From: Raillietiella orientalis | Lineage: Eukaryota | Reading direction: 5' to 3' | Length of the DNA stretch: 64,000 bases | Assembly (NCBI GenBank): GCA_036172245.1 | Contig: JAYWIR010000010.1 | Location: 1,922,001 to 1,986,000, forward strand | Part shown: piece by piece, positions 25,262 through 37,195 of the stretch | Numbering within the stretch: position 1 is the stretch's first letter | Layout: each line of letters starts with the position of its first letter | Program-made: the position numbers and the translations under genes | The notes under the pieces: model-generated | Database searches by the model: none | What the model saw: only the letters and a program-made list of their open reading frames with translations | Told to the model about the DNA's origin: nothing

Positions 25262-25330
25262 CATTTTTTTTTTTTTCTTCTTTTCCTTCTTCTTCTTCTT
25301 CCTCTCTCTCTCTCTCTCTCTCTCTCTTCT
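25262..25330. repeat. Compound poly-T/(CTT)n/(CT)n pyrimidine tract
   Basis: Direct reading. Confidence 0.85.
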
Positions 25331-27249
25331 AAGCATGTATTCAGTCCCAGTTGCTCCTTTGCGATGCGTACGCGCGTTTTATTTTTTCCATGGGCATTTA
25401 AGTGGTCCCCAATGGAGACGAATGAAAGGGTAACAATTGACGCCAATCACAATGGCGCCGGGATGGTGTGGCACCTCCAGAGGGAACCTCAGCAGCAGGA
25501 AAACGCTCTATGAAAGACAAGCGGTTTCGTTAAATGCGATCGGCAGTCGTTCCTGTGACGTTTCACGCGCGCGGAAATCGGCTCTCCTTTCTTGCATGCT
25601 TTCGAAAAGAGTGGGAAACGTTCTGCTGCAAGCACCACCGTCATCGCCCTCGCGCGAGTAGCCGGAGGGAAACAAGGGGTCTCCCAGATTCGAGAGTTGG
25701 GAGACCCCTTGTTGCTGCAAGCACGGGGATCCAGCCATCCCGCTCTGGAATGCTTTTGGGGCATCATTTCAAGGGGGGGAGGAAGGTGCGAACGGTGGTC
25801 TTTGGCACAGATGCCAGCAGGCACGTTAGATGATGACTCGCTTGCAGAGTGGCACCCGCGTGATCCAGGGGAACCCATAATCACAATTTCAGTGGACGTC
25901 GCGTAACATACGCGAGTGTGTGTCGGAGACGCAGATGCAGGATCTGCCTCCGGGAAGGAGGGAGCTTGCATCGGAACCCGCTTGTTTCCCTTTCTTGCAA
26001 TGCCTTCCCTCGTTATCCCCGTCGGGTTGCCAGGGGAGGAGGAGGGGTCCGTTCCCTCGCCTCGCGATACGAGGAGAAGAATCCTCGGGTGGGAGGAAGC
26101 GGAAGGGGGAGTCCTGCCGCTCGGCTCTGCCGTCCCCGGAGACTTCTCTCCAGGATTCCTCTCTCCCTCCCGCTTCACCCTCGCCCCCTTCTCGATCGGG
26201 ATGACCACGCGGACCCACGGGAGACGAGGGTAATGCCCGCACGGAACCGGCGCTGCGTGCAGGTGCCAATTCGGCACGCGCTGCTCCCGCTTACCGTCCG
26301 AGCGTCCCGCCTTTCCTCTCCCCTTCCTTCCGGGAAGGCTCGGTTGCTTGCGAATGTTGGGAAGAGCGCGCCTGCAAACCGTCTCGCGGCGGTTCTCCTC
26401 CCTCCCGTTCCATCTTCATCCTTCCCTCTTCTTTCCTGCCAGGCCCCCCTGCCTTCCTCGAGGCGCGGAAGGGGGAATGGAGGCACGCTCTAACAGCTGC
26501 TTGCCCTGGGCAACGCAGAGGCAAGGAGGGAGCCCCGTATCCTGCTGACCAGGAGGCGGATGCCGCCTTCGGGCTCCGCCTCCCTCGAGCCCGGGGTGGA
26601 AGCTCCCTCGCTCCGTGCGGTATCGCGAGCGAGCCGCGGGGCGGCAGGAGGGAAGCCCGGAGGGAGGAGGGTGGACCTCCAAAAGGGACCGTATTGCCGT
26701 TCCCCTACTCCCGTCAGCGGGGAGCTCCCGGGTTCACCGCGAAGGAGGGACTACTCGCCGGTTGCACAACCGCGTGTGACCTCAACCTCGTTCGGACAGC
26801 CTTCCACTGCCTCCCTCCCCCCCCCTTTCTTGCGCAAGGCTGCCCTCCCGCCCGTGCGTGCGTGCGCGCGTGCGTTTCTCTTTCTCCCGGGCGGGGGAGC
26901 AGAATCGGCTTCTCGATGGACGCTCCAGTCTCCTTCACTCTTGCGCCTCCTCCCAAGGACGATCGAGTCGGGTCCCACCTCATCGCCCCACCATCTCTCG
27001 CCTTTTCCCTCCTTCCGGCGGTGGCCAGACTTTGGTCCGTCAAGCCGCAGCGGCCCTCCCTCCGGACGGGGGCGCGGAGCGCGCGACCGCACCGCCCTCT
27101 CCTCGAGCCTCCGTCCGACCGCTTCCTCTCTCCCTCCTTGCGCCCGACGGCCGCCGCCCAGGGAGCTGCCCGGGCCGACAGGTGCTCCGCGAGCGCGGGG
27201 AGCGTCCGCCGCCTCCACCTCCACGCCACGAGAGCGGTCGTCAAGCAGC

Positions 27250-27457
27250 CGTCTGGTTCGAAATTCCGAACCATCAAAATCGGGGATCGACGCGTGTGCT
27301 CCCTCTGCACAGATTCACACGCGTGGCAAAATAAATTTGCATATCCATCTGTTCAGTAACAGTAATATTATTGAAACGGATGCATTTACTAAGATTCAAG
27401 GACTTACATTTTATTAATGCAATCAATAAATTATTGATTATATTGTTAACACACTCA

Positions 27458-27544
<87 letters not shown>

Positions 27545-28506
27545 CAAAGGTTAAAAAATAAATTATAGGGTATATTGTGTGCATTGGTACATATATTTAT
27601 GTAAAGATTAATGTATGGTATACATCACCAAGATTATAAAAAAATTAATATATAGGCTTATTATGTGTACTGATATATATATATATATATGTACGTAAGG
27701 ATTAATATATGGATTAATATACATCACGAAGATTGAACAAAATAAATACACGTGCTTATTATAGAAATTGCGGGAGCTGCACATTCGATAATTATTATTT
27801 ATAAACATCGAATTTTTAAAAATAAAAAATAATTGTGACGAAAGTAGTGGCACAAAATAAAAGTACAAACAAATCAAATAAACAAAAAAGGAAATTTGGT
27901 ATTCATGTATCCATTAAAATTCGATATTTGTGTCTTCAATGGATATATATTCCTTATATATATAAACGTATCTATATTAATATGCACACGTATACGTGTG
28001 TGTGTGTGTGTGTGTGTGTGATGAGTGTGTATAAATATATATATATCTAGAAATATGTATATACATATATTACATTTCTATATGTATATATATTTATACA
28101 CACTCACACACACATATATATGCGTGTGTATATACATTTATATTCACATAGATATTTTATATTATCTATAAATATTACCCACGTATTTATAGATATTTAT
28201 AGATACTTTGTATTATCTATAAATTATTGTGCTGTATGTATTAAGCATACTAATATAATCAATAAATTATTGATCATATTGTTGATATATATATACATAT
28301 ATTAAAGATTAGAAAAAACAAATCTATAGGCTTATTATATATATTGATGTATAATTCATGTATTTATTTTTAATAATCACGATATATATTAATATTGATG
28401 TAATACATGTATCATTACACGTTAAAGTGAATTTGTAGAATGTTCATCCATGTCGAATAAGCAAACGTGTGTTTCTCTTCGATTCTGATTCGGGATTTCG
28501 ATCGTC
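27250..28506. mobile_element. AT-rich MITE/foldback-like element with imperfect terminal inverted repeats, internal subrepeats and (CA)n, (TA)n, (TG)n tracts
   Basis: Left end GTTCGAAATTCCGAACCATCAAAATCG versus reverse complement of right end GATCGAAATCCCGAATCAGAATCG. The internal unit AATCAATAAATTATTGAT..TATTGTT recurs at 27421 and 28257. An inverted homolog lies at about 51944-52625. Confidence 0.6.
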
Positions 28507-28756
28507 ACCACGGGGGGTCCATCCACCCCCCTCCCGCAGAGAGTGACAGCTCCCGGGGAAGCGCGCGCCGAGCGGGTTCCGGCGCGCTCAAGAGCGGAGG
28601 CATCGGCAGCTCCCGCTCGCTTCACCGTGGCAACAGATCAGGGGAGAGAGGAGGGGGGAACAGATAGCTGCAGCAACAGAACAGCCTCCGCTCGTTCCCT
28701 TTCCTCGGCCCGCTGAGTCTCTGCTTTCGTCATCGCACCTCCGCGCGGCGGTTCCT

Positions 28757-29179
28757 CCATTTATGGTTTCGTTTTCGGGAAGAGAGTGGGGGCCCTCGAC
28801 CTAATTCGCTGCTCGGAAGTTGCCGCTGACGTCAGTGCATCCGCAAATAGACCGACCCGACATCCCTCGCCGTGGTGCCGCGCTCGCATCGAAGATTACA
28901 GCGATTCCCCACGCACACCCACCCGGCAGGACCTATCTGCACATCCCCTCGTCCGCTTCCCTCATTTTGCCCGCCAACCTCCTCTCCAATCCAATTTCTA
29001 AAAATAACGGGTCGTCCCCGCGGGAGGTTCCCGCTGCACACCTCCCACAGCAGGCAACATGGCGTCTCTGCCTAACCACCGCCAGGAAGAGCGCGCGGGA
29101 AGGAGGAGGAGGAGGAGGAGGAGGAGAGGAGAGGAGAGGAAAGGAGCGGATGGAGGAAGGGAGGGAAGGGGGACAGCTG
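28757..29179. promoter_or_regulatory. Candidate muscle promoter/enhancer upstream of Tm1
   Basis: CArG CCATTTATGG 28757-28766, CRE TGACGTCA 28827-28834, tandem CCAAT 28986-28995, MEF2 CTAAAAATAA 28998-29007, E-box CAGCTG 29174-29179. Confidence 0.4.
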
Positions 29180-29499
29180 CCATGGCATCCGCCCTCGCAG
29201 CAGACTTCCCTTGGGCCATGGTTGGTTAGGCCAAACGGAACGCCGGCTCCTCTCTCCAAGAAACGAGCCATCCCGCTCGAAGGACGTGAGGATGGACGCT
29301 CGCGGCATCGTGCACGTCCGTCTCCTCCCCGGGAGACAGCGGCATCCTTGAAGTGCCGCGGCGGGCTGCCGACGTCTCTTCAAGCACAATCCTGCCCCAG
29401 ATCGCTCCTCCTGCTGCCGGACCCTTCGCAACAGTGGCACGAGCGCTGCCTCCCGCCATTGCCGAAAAAGGAATGCGATGGTGGAGGTTTCGGGAAGGC

Positions 29500-29900
29500 T
29501 CGAAGGGAACAACAGAATGGGTTGCCAAACAACGGTCAGCAGTGACGGCCGGCCGAAGCTCTTGTGGACTCCGGAAAACTTCATGGCACTCCAAGAACCA
29601 CGTGATTCTTCGGCGAACGCGAAGATCCATAGCTTCGAGGAACAGAGTAGAAATCGCAGAATTCTGCCCTTGAATCGGTTCTCAGCGAGATTCCCATGAC
29701 ACCTTCTTTCGAAGTTGTACACAGGTGAGCTCTCAAAGTTCCTTCTCAGAACACTGGAACACGCTCCAAAAATTGTATCGCAGGGCTGGTTCCTTCAGCA
29801 TTCTTTTTCGAACCTCACGAAACTCGGGGGCACCCACAGATTCGAGTTGGCATACGCCGTGAAGTGTATCCTTTTGCCAGGAAAAAAAAAAAATGGCGTA
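29500..29900 (-). mobile_element. Decayed Ty3/gypsy RT-linker/RNase H remnant
   Basis: EFREVRKRMLKEPALRY resembles AF..LK..L..EPVL.Y, and SWSAMKFSGVHKSFGRPSLLTVVWQPIL resembles VWA.KKF..YL.GR.F.L.TDH.PL; order is correct, frames are broken. Confidence 0.4.
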
Positions 29901-30759
29901 CGGTTCTTGGCGATTCTGTTGGAACAGTCACAGGAAATCCGCGTCTGGATTTGCACTGAGGTATGCAAAGGAAAGCACACACGAGCGCAGAAGTTTTCTC
30001 TGTGAGCCATCCCTTTCCGATCCACTTCCACCAGCGATTTCTAAATGTAGTTTACTCGTGTGTAATCGAATACTCTGGTATTGGAAACATTCGTTCCCAA
30101 ATGTATTTGTCCTGTCAACGACGAAAATCAAAGAACGAGTCATCGCATTCCCGGCCAAAGCGTTGGGATCTGTGAGGTGGCAACCATTACGAAACAAGCA
30201 CGAAATGCATCACCGCGGTGATGGCAACCCTGCACCCCCCCCCCCCCTCCTTCATTTGCTGGCTAGATTGTTGCGTATGAGCTGCGAACCGGATGACTCG
30301 TTACTTCCGTCGAAAGGGTCCCGCAAACCTCCGTTGGCATCAGAAAGCACACTCTCCAGGTAAACGGCACCTATGAGGCACGGCGCACGCACTTTCGCCG
30401 GTCTGCAAATGTGAGGGATCCGCTGTGCTCCGGGATGAAGTCGTCGAATCCTTTCCGCGGCTGCCCTTGGCCCATTCTTTTTTGCAGTCTTGAAAGGTGC
30501 GCGCGTCATCTTCCGTATCCTGCGAACCAACCTCTCTGTTGAGGAAGGGCCGCACTATGGCGTTGGCAGCACAGCGCATGCCTTCCACCAGCGCACACAC
30601 TGGGCGATGCCCAGCTGGGAGTCTGCTGGATTCCAAAGTCGCCTCCCGTCGTCGCTTCCCTTCTTCACGGTTCTGTTGCTGTTTTGCTGCTTTCCTTCTA
30701 GCTTTCTTCTTTTTTGGGTTTTCCCTCTATTTTTTTTTTTGGTTCTCAAGGGGTGCTGA

Positions 30760-32951
30760 AGAACCGTTCGCCTCCTTCAGGGAGGCTCACGAAACTCTCT
30801 TTGACGTTGTCCAGGCCACCCGAGGGTGCGTGTGACTCTTCAAGTTATAAGGGACAACCCCAAAGGGACCGCCCTATGAATTCAGGAAGGGCTCCGGGGA
30901 AAGCGGTCCGTTCCCCTTACGCTTGGGAGGGAACCCTCCACCCTGACTGCCTCCGATTTCCACCTGGACATGCCGGAACGTGTCTTAGAATGTAAGAGAA
31001 ACTCAGAAACTGTGGCGGGACACGTGATCCTACCACACTCAGCCCGAATGGACCTGCTGGGTTGGGTCCAGAAGCGGAAGAGGGGGTGAAGCAAAAGAAA
31101 AATAAAATATATAAATAAATAAAAATACTGTGGAGGGACCGGGAAGGGATCACAATCCGCTGGAGGGAGTTCTCTTCATCGTAGGCAGCAGTCAAGGGCG
31201 TGGACCACCTGGCTGCTGCCATCCGCAGGAAGCTAAATGCTAACTGGACGTGGTCCCCCTCGTTCGCTCCTGCTTCAGCGTCACTCCAGGCCGCCACTGT
31301 CCCGTGGACGCGGCGAGGAGCTGCTGGGGCTGCTGCTGGCGGTATGTGTAGAGGACTTTACAAGGTCCCTGGGATTGCCAATTGGGATCCTCAGGGTAGT
31401 TCCGAAACGTTCCCATGGGGACCGGAAGCCAACGCAGTCCACTAGCAGGTGCAGTAGGAGAGATTCCCGTTCCCCGCACCTTCAGCATTCCGGGCTCGTC
31501 CTCACCCCCTGGGTCTTGTGATCTCGGCGGGAGCTGCAGGGAAAGCTCCGGTGCAACAGCAGAAATGCCGGCTTCTTCCCCTTTAACGGGAGGGCGCTGC
31601 TATCCTTGAGCACTGGGGACCACTCCAGGTCTCCGCTGGAAATGCCAAGCAGCTCGCCTAAGCGTTGCAGTCCTCGCGGAAGGGCACTCGGGGTCGCAGC
31701 ATCCGCCAGCTGCTCCATGGCCCATCCGCTCATCAGCTTCCGCCTGCCTGAGATCTCTCAGGAGACCTCCCTCCTCCTTGGCGGTTGGCTCCGAAGGGAA
31801 CCCCGAAGGGAACCTCTTCCTTGTACTCTCCGGAGGGATCCCTCCCGGAGGAGGCAGCTCCATTGTCTCTTCTTCAAGGGGAACCAGGAACGAATCCGCT
31901 CCTGGAACTCCTCCGGAGGGAACTGCTCCCTGTTGGTGCTCCTCTGCAGACAACTCCTAAGGAACGCTTCCAGACGTCTCTGAAGAGCACTGAGCTATGC
32001 AAAGGGAGCCTAAGGGAGCCGCGCGCTTCTTCACACCCTAGAGGCATCAGCCAGCTCCAACAAGGTACGCGATGGTGCGGCTCCGTTTTCACAACCGGAG
32101 GGGAGCCTCGGAGGGTCGCCTTCCAATCTCGGCCAGTCAACGGTGACATCGGGGTTACCAGCTTTCACCAGTGTCCCCTCCTCCGCCTTTTGCTTTTTGT
32201 TTGCCCACTACCATGCAGCATTAGGAAGCGGACAAAGGACCTCCTCCGGATCGCCTTCTGGGGCAAAGGGAAGCCGCGAGTCCGCCTAAAGGACTTGTGT
32301 GCTCCGCACCGGGACGGCGGCCTAGGCCTCCCGTGAAGCGCCCGCCGGCATCTGTGGACACGGGTGTGTGTGAATGTGTGAACCCAAACTGTGCAAGGTG
32401 CGGGGAGCGGGAATCATTCCCACACCTCCTGGTAGACTGTGTTTGCCCCCTGGACCCTTTGGAGACGCTTGGCCACGACCCTTGGAACTCCGGAGGTAAC
32501 GCCAGAGACGTTGTAAAGCACCTCTTCTTGCGCGATGCCCTCTCGCCGGTCGCACCCTAGCAGCAGCACTTTGCTGCCTACGCGGGATCGTGGCTGCATG
32601 AAGCAGCAACGCTAGAGGAGGCCAGAACACAGGGGACGCCACCCATTTTGCTGTCCTCTACACGAGGACAGTGTCAAGATGGCCCCATCTGGGAACCATA
32701 AAACAGGAACTTGCCGGCATCCTTACAAGGATGCAGCGGGCGCCTCCAACACACAGTGATCTTTTCCCGACCTCCCTTCCTCCCTTCATCTTTCTATTCC
32801 TCTTTCTGTTTGTCTTCCCTTCCCTTGTGCTTCTGAGACGCACTCTGCTGGCCTGCGTGCCAGATCCCGGCAGGTTCCTTTTAGTATTCATAAGTAACGT
32901 GGCAGGATCAAACGTCCTGCCACAGACATGGATGTTTATTTTATAAATAAA
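30760..32951 (+). mobile_element. Internally deleted L1/Tx1-type non-LTR retrotransposon, copy A
   Basis: FWGKGKPRVRLKDLCAPHRDGGLGLP (post-RT motif) and NPNCARCGERESFPHLLVDC (zf-RVT-like CCHC), then a pyrimidine-rich 3' UTR, hairpin and AATAAA. Homologous to 35980-36990, 39360-39700 and 53270-54661. Confidence 0.7.
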
Positions 32952-33172
32952 CACCCCGGCGTGACGGGATGCCAACCAGTGCCGCGCTCGGATGGGCCAA
33001 CCAGCGCCTTCTTGCGAGGGTGACCGAAGGGAGGGGACCCGAAACCCACGGCGCATCTCCGATTCTCCCGGCACCCATCCTTCTCCTGGTAGGATTCGAA
33101 CCTGCAACGCTGAGTGTGACGCGTGGGGAGACCGCGGCCACCGCCGCGAGCATGCCGGATTCTGTTCCCGTG
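32952..33172 (-). mobile_element. tRNA-derived SINE-like sequence (Pol III B box), copy next to LINE copy A
   Basis: Minus strand CACTCAGCGTTGCAGGTTCGAATCCTACCAGG with a perfect B box at 33092-33102; clear homolog at about 39740-39940. Confidence 0.6.
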
Positions 33173-35979
33173 GCTGCCTTGCCCGCTCAGGCCCACCCGG
33201 TTTTCCGCCACCCGCCCGAGGCGCCGCCGAACCTTCCGTGGCCAGCCCGGCTGCCTCCGGAGCAAACTTTGGAAGAGCAAAAATGGCGTCTGTCTCGAGG
33301 CACGCGGTTGCTTGCATCACGAGGCTCGTAACCTCGCAACCTCTTTTTCGCACTCGCCCAGACCGGCCGCGTCCTAGGAGTGTGCGCTTTCTCCGCAGGC
33401 CGCTGCTCTGCGGTGTCGCTGGTGTCTTTCCTGTCCTAGTGGAAAGGCCTAAGGCGGATTGTCGGGATGCTCCTCGCTGCTGCGGGAGCATCGTCCCGTG
33501 AGAGAGTGTATCCCGATCACCAGGGAAACGTTTCCCTAGACATACACATGACAGCCAAAACACGGCCAGTTCGCGCGCCGTGTGGGTGGCGTGATGCAAT
33601 CTCTGACTGATGTGGGGATGCGATTTTCTCTTCCTGCGACCACCTTTACCTTTTTTTTTTTTAACCTTCACATTTTCCAGCTTCCCATCTCCTATCCACA
33701 CGTGAGAGTGCGTTTCCCTGGCTGAGGTTGTTGCGTTTTTCCCCTGAGCCACGGGGCCCTGAGCTCTGGACGCATAGGTTGGTTCTTCCGACCTCCGTCC
33801 GTCAACGTGCTCCCGTTTTTGCGCGCCTTGATGCGCGCTACCGAGGTGATGCTGCAGATGGACCAACCCGAAGACGAGCCTCCTTGGGGCCGGGCGATCC
33901 GCGGAATCTTCTCCGGAAGGGGAGGGAAACGCGTTTCCTCTCCCACCCACCTCCCTCTTCAGAGGAAGGCGGGACATATCGGAAGCGGGAAGAGGTCTCG
34001 CCGGATCAGCCTGCAAGATGGCAGCGGCCGTGCACACGTGTCTCCGCGGACGGATGCGAACATCCAACTGCGCAAGCGCCGCGCCTCGGAATGGCCACCC
34101 GGTCGAGCAGTAACACCTGCTTCAACCGCCCCGCCCTCTCCCGGAGCCGGCGTCGGGAAGGCGATTCCGAAGATGAACCGGCGGAATCCGCCGGAGGGAG
34201 GGAGGGGGAAGGGGTCTTCGCGAGCGGGCGGGTCCGCTTACCGGACCCCCGAGGCGAGGAGGGAAGCCGCCGTCCTCCTCTCTCCGGATGCGGATCGTCG
34301 AACGCGCGCGCGTTCCCGCCCCTTCAGAAGGCGGGAGGGGGAGGCGCACCTCCTCCCGCGACCCCGGAAGCGTCACAAACGTCTCTTTTCACAAGGCGAT
34401 CCGTCCCTTAAGGGATGGCCGACCGCGCGTCCCGATCGGGGAAATGGGGAGAAAAAGGCGGAAGGACGGGACTCTGAGATCGCCGGGACGGCGAGGGCAC
34501 CGGTATCCGGTTCAGGGAGTCAGAGAGTTTTGCTCCCAACGAGACCGCACGGCGCACAGGAGAGAGAGAATCCCCTCCCCTCTCTTCCTCAGGGAACAGC
34601 GGGGACGCTGTCCCTACACCTTCCTCCCCTTCCCACCGCAATCCCGGGTGAGGTGCGGCGGTCCAGGACCGCAAAAGATCTGTGCAGCCAACCAGTCTCT
34701 CCCCTTCTCCCTCCCCTCCAAGGAGGAGTCTCAGGGAGAGTCCAAGGGAGTCCGCGGGAAAGGGGAGGAGGGACATCACCCGGCGCCTAGCGGCCGAGGT
34801 CGGGGAGCCGGCGTGGCGGCGACCGCACCGTCACGCCGCGTTGCCCGTCTCAGTTTCGCGTCTCGGGGGCAAGCAGGGGCTAGCTTCCCGCCGGAACCAT
34901 CCGCCGGAGCCGCGGTGGGGAGGCAGCAGAGGCGGAAGAGGAAGGAACAAGCCCCACCGGGGTGAAGAAGTCGCACGCGGGCGGGCTTGGGATGCGTTGC
35001 ATGAGCTGACCCCACCCAGCAGGCACAAGGGGGACCTCCCCCTCAGCAAGGATTCAGTGGTCCAGGGGGGAAGAGTGAGGGAGAACGGCGAGCAGAGAGG
35101 GTGGACCTCCCAGGAACGACGTATGCGTCAGCGGAGGAGCGCGCGCTGTTCTACCGGCATCCGAAGATGCGCAAGGCATCCAAGACGAGGCTTCCTTCTG
35201 GTATTCCCGTAGGTTCCAGAAAGCGATCGCGGGAGGAGGAGAAAGGGAGAAGAGGAGAAGGGAGGGAAGGAGGAAGGGAGAGGAGGAGGAGGTCGCGTTT
35301 CTTATCTGTCGCCGTTGGCAGTGATGAGCAGAAAGAACCCTGCGGGAAGACGCGCCAGCTGGGACAATCTCTCCCGTGGCATTCTCGTTTCGCGCTTGCA
35401 TGCGGGAAGGCGTGCAGGATCCTCTCCTGCCCTTCTCCCTCCCCCCCCTCTTCCTCCTCCTTGCTTTTCCGGAGAGGAGCTCTCTCTCTCATTGAAAGTG
35501 ACGGCGGTGTGCAGGGGTTCAAGGCGACCGTGGGGGCGGTCGGGATCGACTTCCGGGGGGGAAGAGGGGGAGCGATGCTTCCACCCGGTCGGACTGCTGG
35601 GGACGTTATGACGGCTTCCTTCCTTCCTTTCCCCGCTTCCCTCCGCACTTACGGGACCCCGTTCGATGGTCAGCTAGTACGGATCGGACCCTGCGCAGGA
35701 AGGGACTCCCGTGACGCCAGAGTCCTTGCGTACGAACCGCGTCCGCTGTATACGTACGGATGGGAGGTGCGCTCCGTGCCGAGGCCGGCCTGCTGCCTCT
35801 GGCAGAGTCTGCTGGAGAGGAAGGGTGGTAGGGAGGGGGGGGCGATGCACAAGTTGCATGCTCTTGAGGGGAAGGCGGGTGAATGGTCAGGGAATCCTCC
35901 CTCTACCGCTTCCTGCCAGGGGGTCCGCGCTGAATGCGGGGGATTTCGCCCCCTGAGACGGACGGGTCTGTTTCCGGAC

Positions 35980-36990
35980 CGCTAGCAAGGAACCTCCAGT
36001 TCTGCCTCCCGCCTGCAGGGTGGTACTGTGCAGCACCCTGCAGGCTCAACCGATCGCGCCGCGGTGCTTCTGGCTGAGGCGCGACCCGTTGGCCAGAGTC
36101 CTCCGGCAGACCATGCGCTGCGCCAGCGCGCCCATTGAGCGTGGAGAGGCTCGCCGCCTCGGGGTACGGAGCGCGCAATGGCAGGGCAATGTTGCCAGAC
36201 CTTCCAGGAGTTCTGAGCGCTCTGCACACCGGGGAGGCCTCTCTGCCCTTGGAGCCTGCTTGGAGCGGGAAAGGGGAACCGCGTGGCTCCTCCCCCCTCT
36301 GGAGGGTTTTTTTTTTGTTTCGTAAGTTCCGAAGAGCCTTCCGCCCCCTTGGGGGAGGGGGCACTCGACAGTGCCGCCGCATGGGGGACGCACAAGGCTC
36401 TTGAAATAAGGCCGCGTCACTCCAGGGTCATTTGGGGGACAGCCCTGAACAGACCACCCCGATGAATCCAGGAAGACCCGAAGGAACGAATTCGTTCCTC
36501 GTGCTCTCAGGAGGAGGAACCCTCGTCCTGGCTGTCCCCGAAGGGACCCCCCGAGAAAGGATCGTAGGGATATCCGCGGGGATATCCGGTTTCCCGCCAG
36601 TGCCGCACCCAGGCGCGAGAAGTGAGAATCCCTCTCGTGCCTACTTGTAGACTGTGTCGCCCTCTGGCCCCCCTGGGAACGATTTGCTACGACCCCAGGA
36701 GCTTGCCGGCGGTAACTCCAGGGACGCATGGAAACCCCCTTCGCACACGATGCCCTCCGGCCAGCAGCCTCGCTGGCACTCCCTGATGCTTACACGGGAT
36801 AGTCGCTGCCTGGAGTGACGCAAAGGGAGGACCGAGCGACAGGAGTGCCACACCAACTTCGCCGTCCGTTTCATGAGGATGGCAACGTGGTGGCCCCACC
36901 TGGAGAGCAGCATGCAGAAAGAGGTTGCCAGCATCCTCCAAAGGATGCAGAGGACTCTCCCAGCAGGATGTCATCGTCTTCCTCCCCCCC
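35980..36990 (+). mobile_element. L1/Tx1-type LINE 3' fragment, copy B
   Basis: GTAGACTGTG, GATGCCCT, GGCCCCACCTGG and AAGGATGCAGAGGAC blocks are collinear with 32430-32750 and 54150-54470. Confidence 0.65.
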
Positions 36991-37059
36991 TGTGGCCGGG
37001 GCGATCCCCACCGGTCACGTACCGGCAGCCCGGCAAGCTCCCGTTGAAGTGGGCGTAGT

Positions 37060-37195
37060 GTGGTTGGAACACCCCAACACGCAGCCCCATTCCTGAGGTG
37101 TCGACCCTCCACACGAGGATTCCAACCCCGCGGCGTTCGGCAGCCAGGCGGTCGCCGCTGCGGGCCACGAAGAGCCTCCAGGCCGGCTGTGGCTG
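37060..37195 (-). mobile_element. Degenerate tRNA-like/SINE head next to LINE copy B
   Basis: Minus strand GGTTGGAATCC (one mismatch to the B box) at 37117-37127, in the same position and orientation as in copy A. Confidence 0.4.

Noticed and set aside
33080..33172. Functional tRNA gene
   Set aside because: The B box is perfect but I could not form a cloverleaf or acceptor stem; treated as SINE-like.
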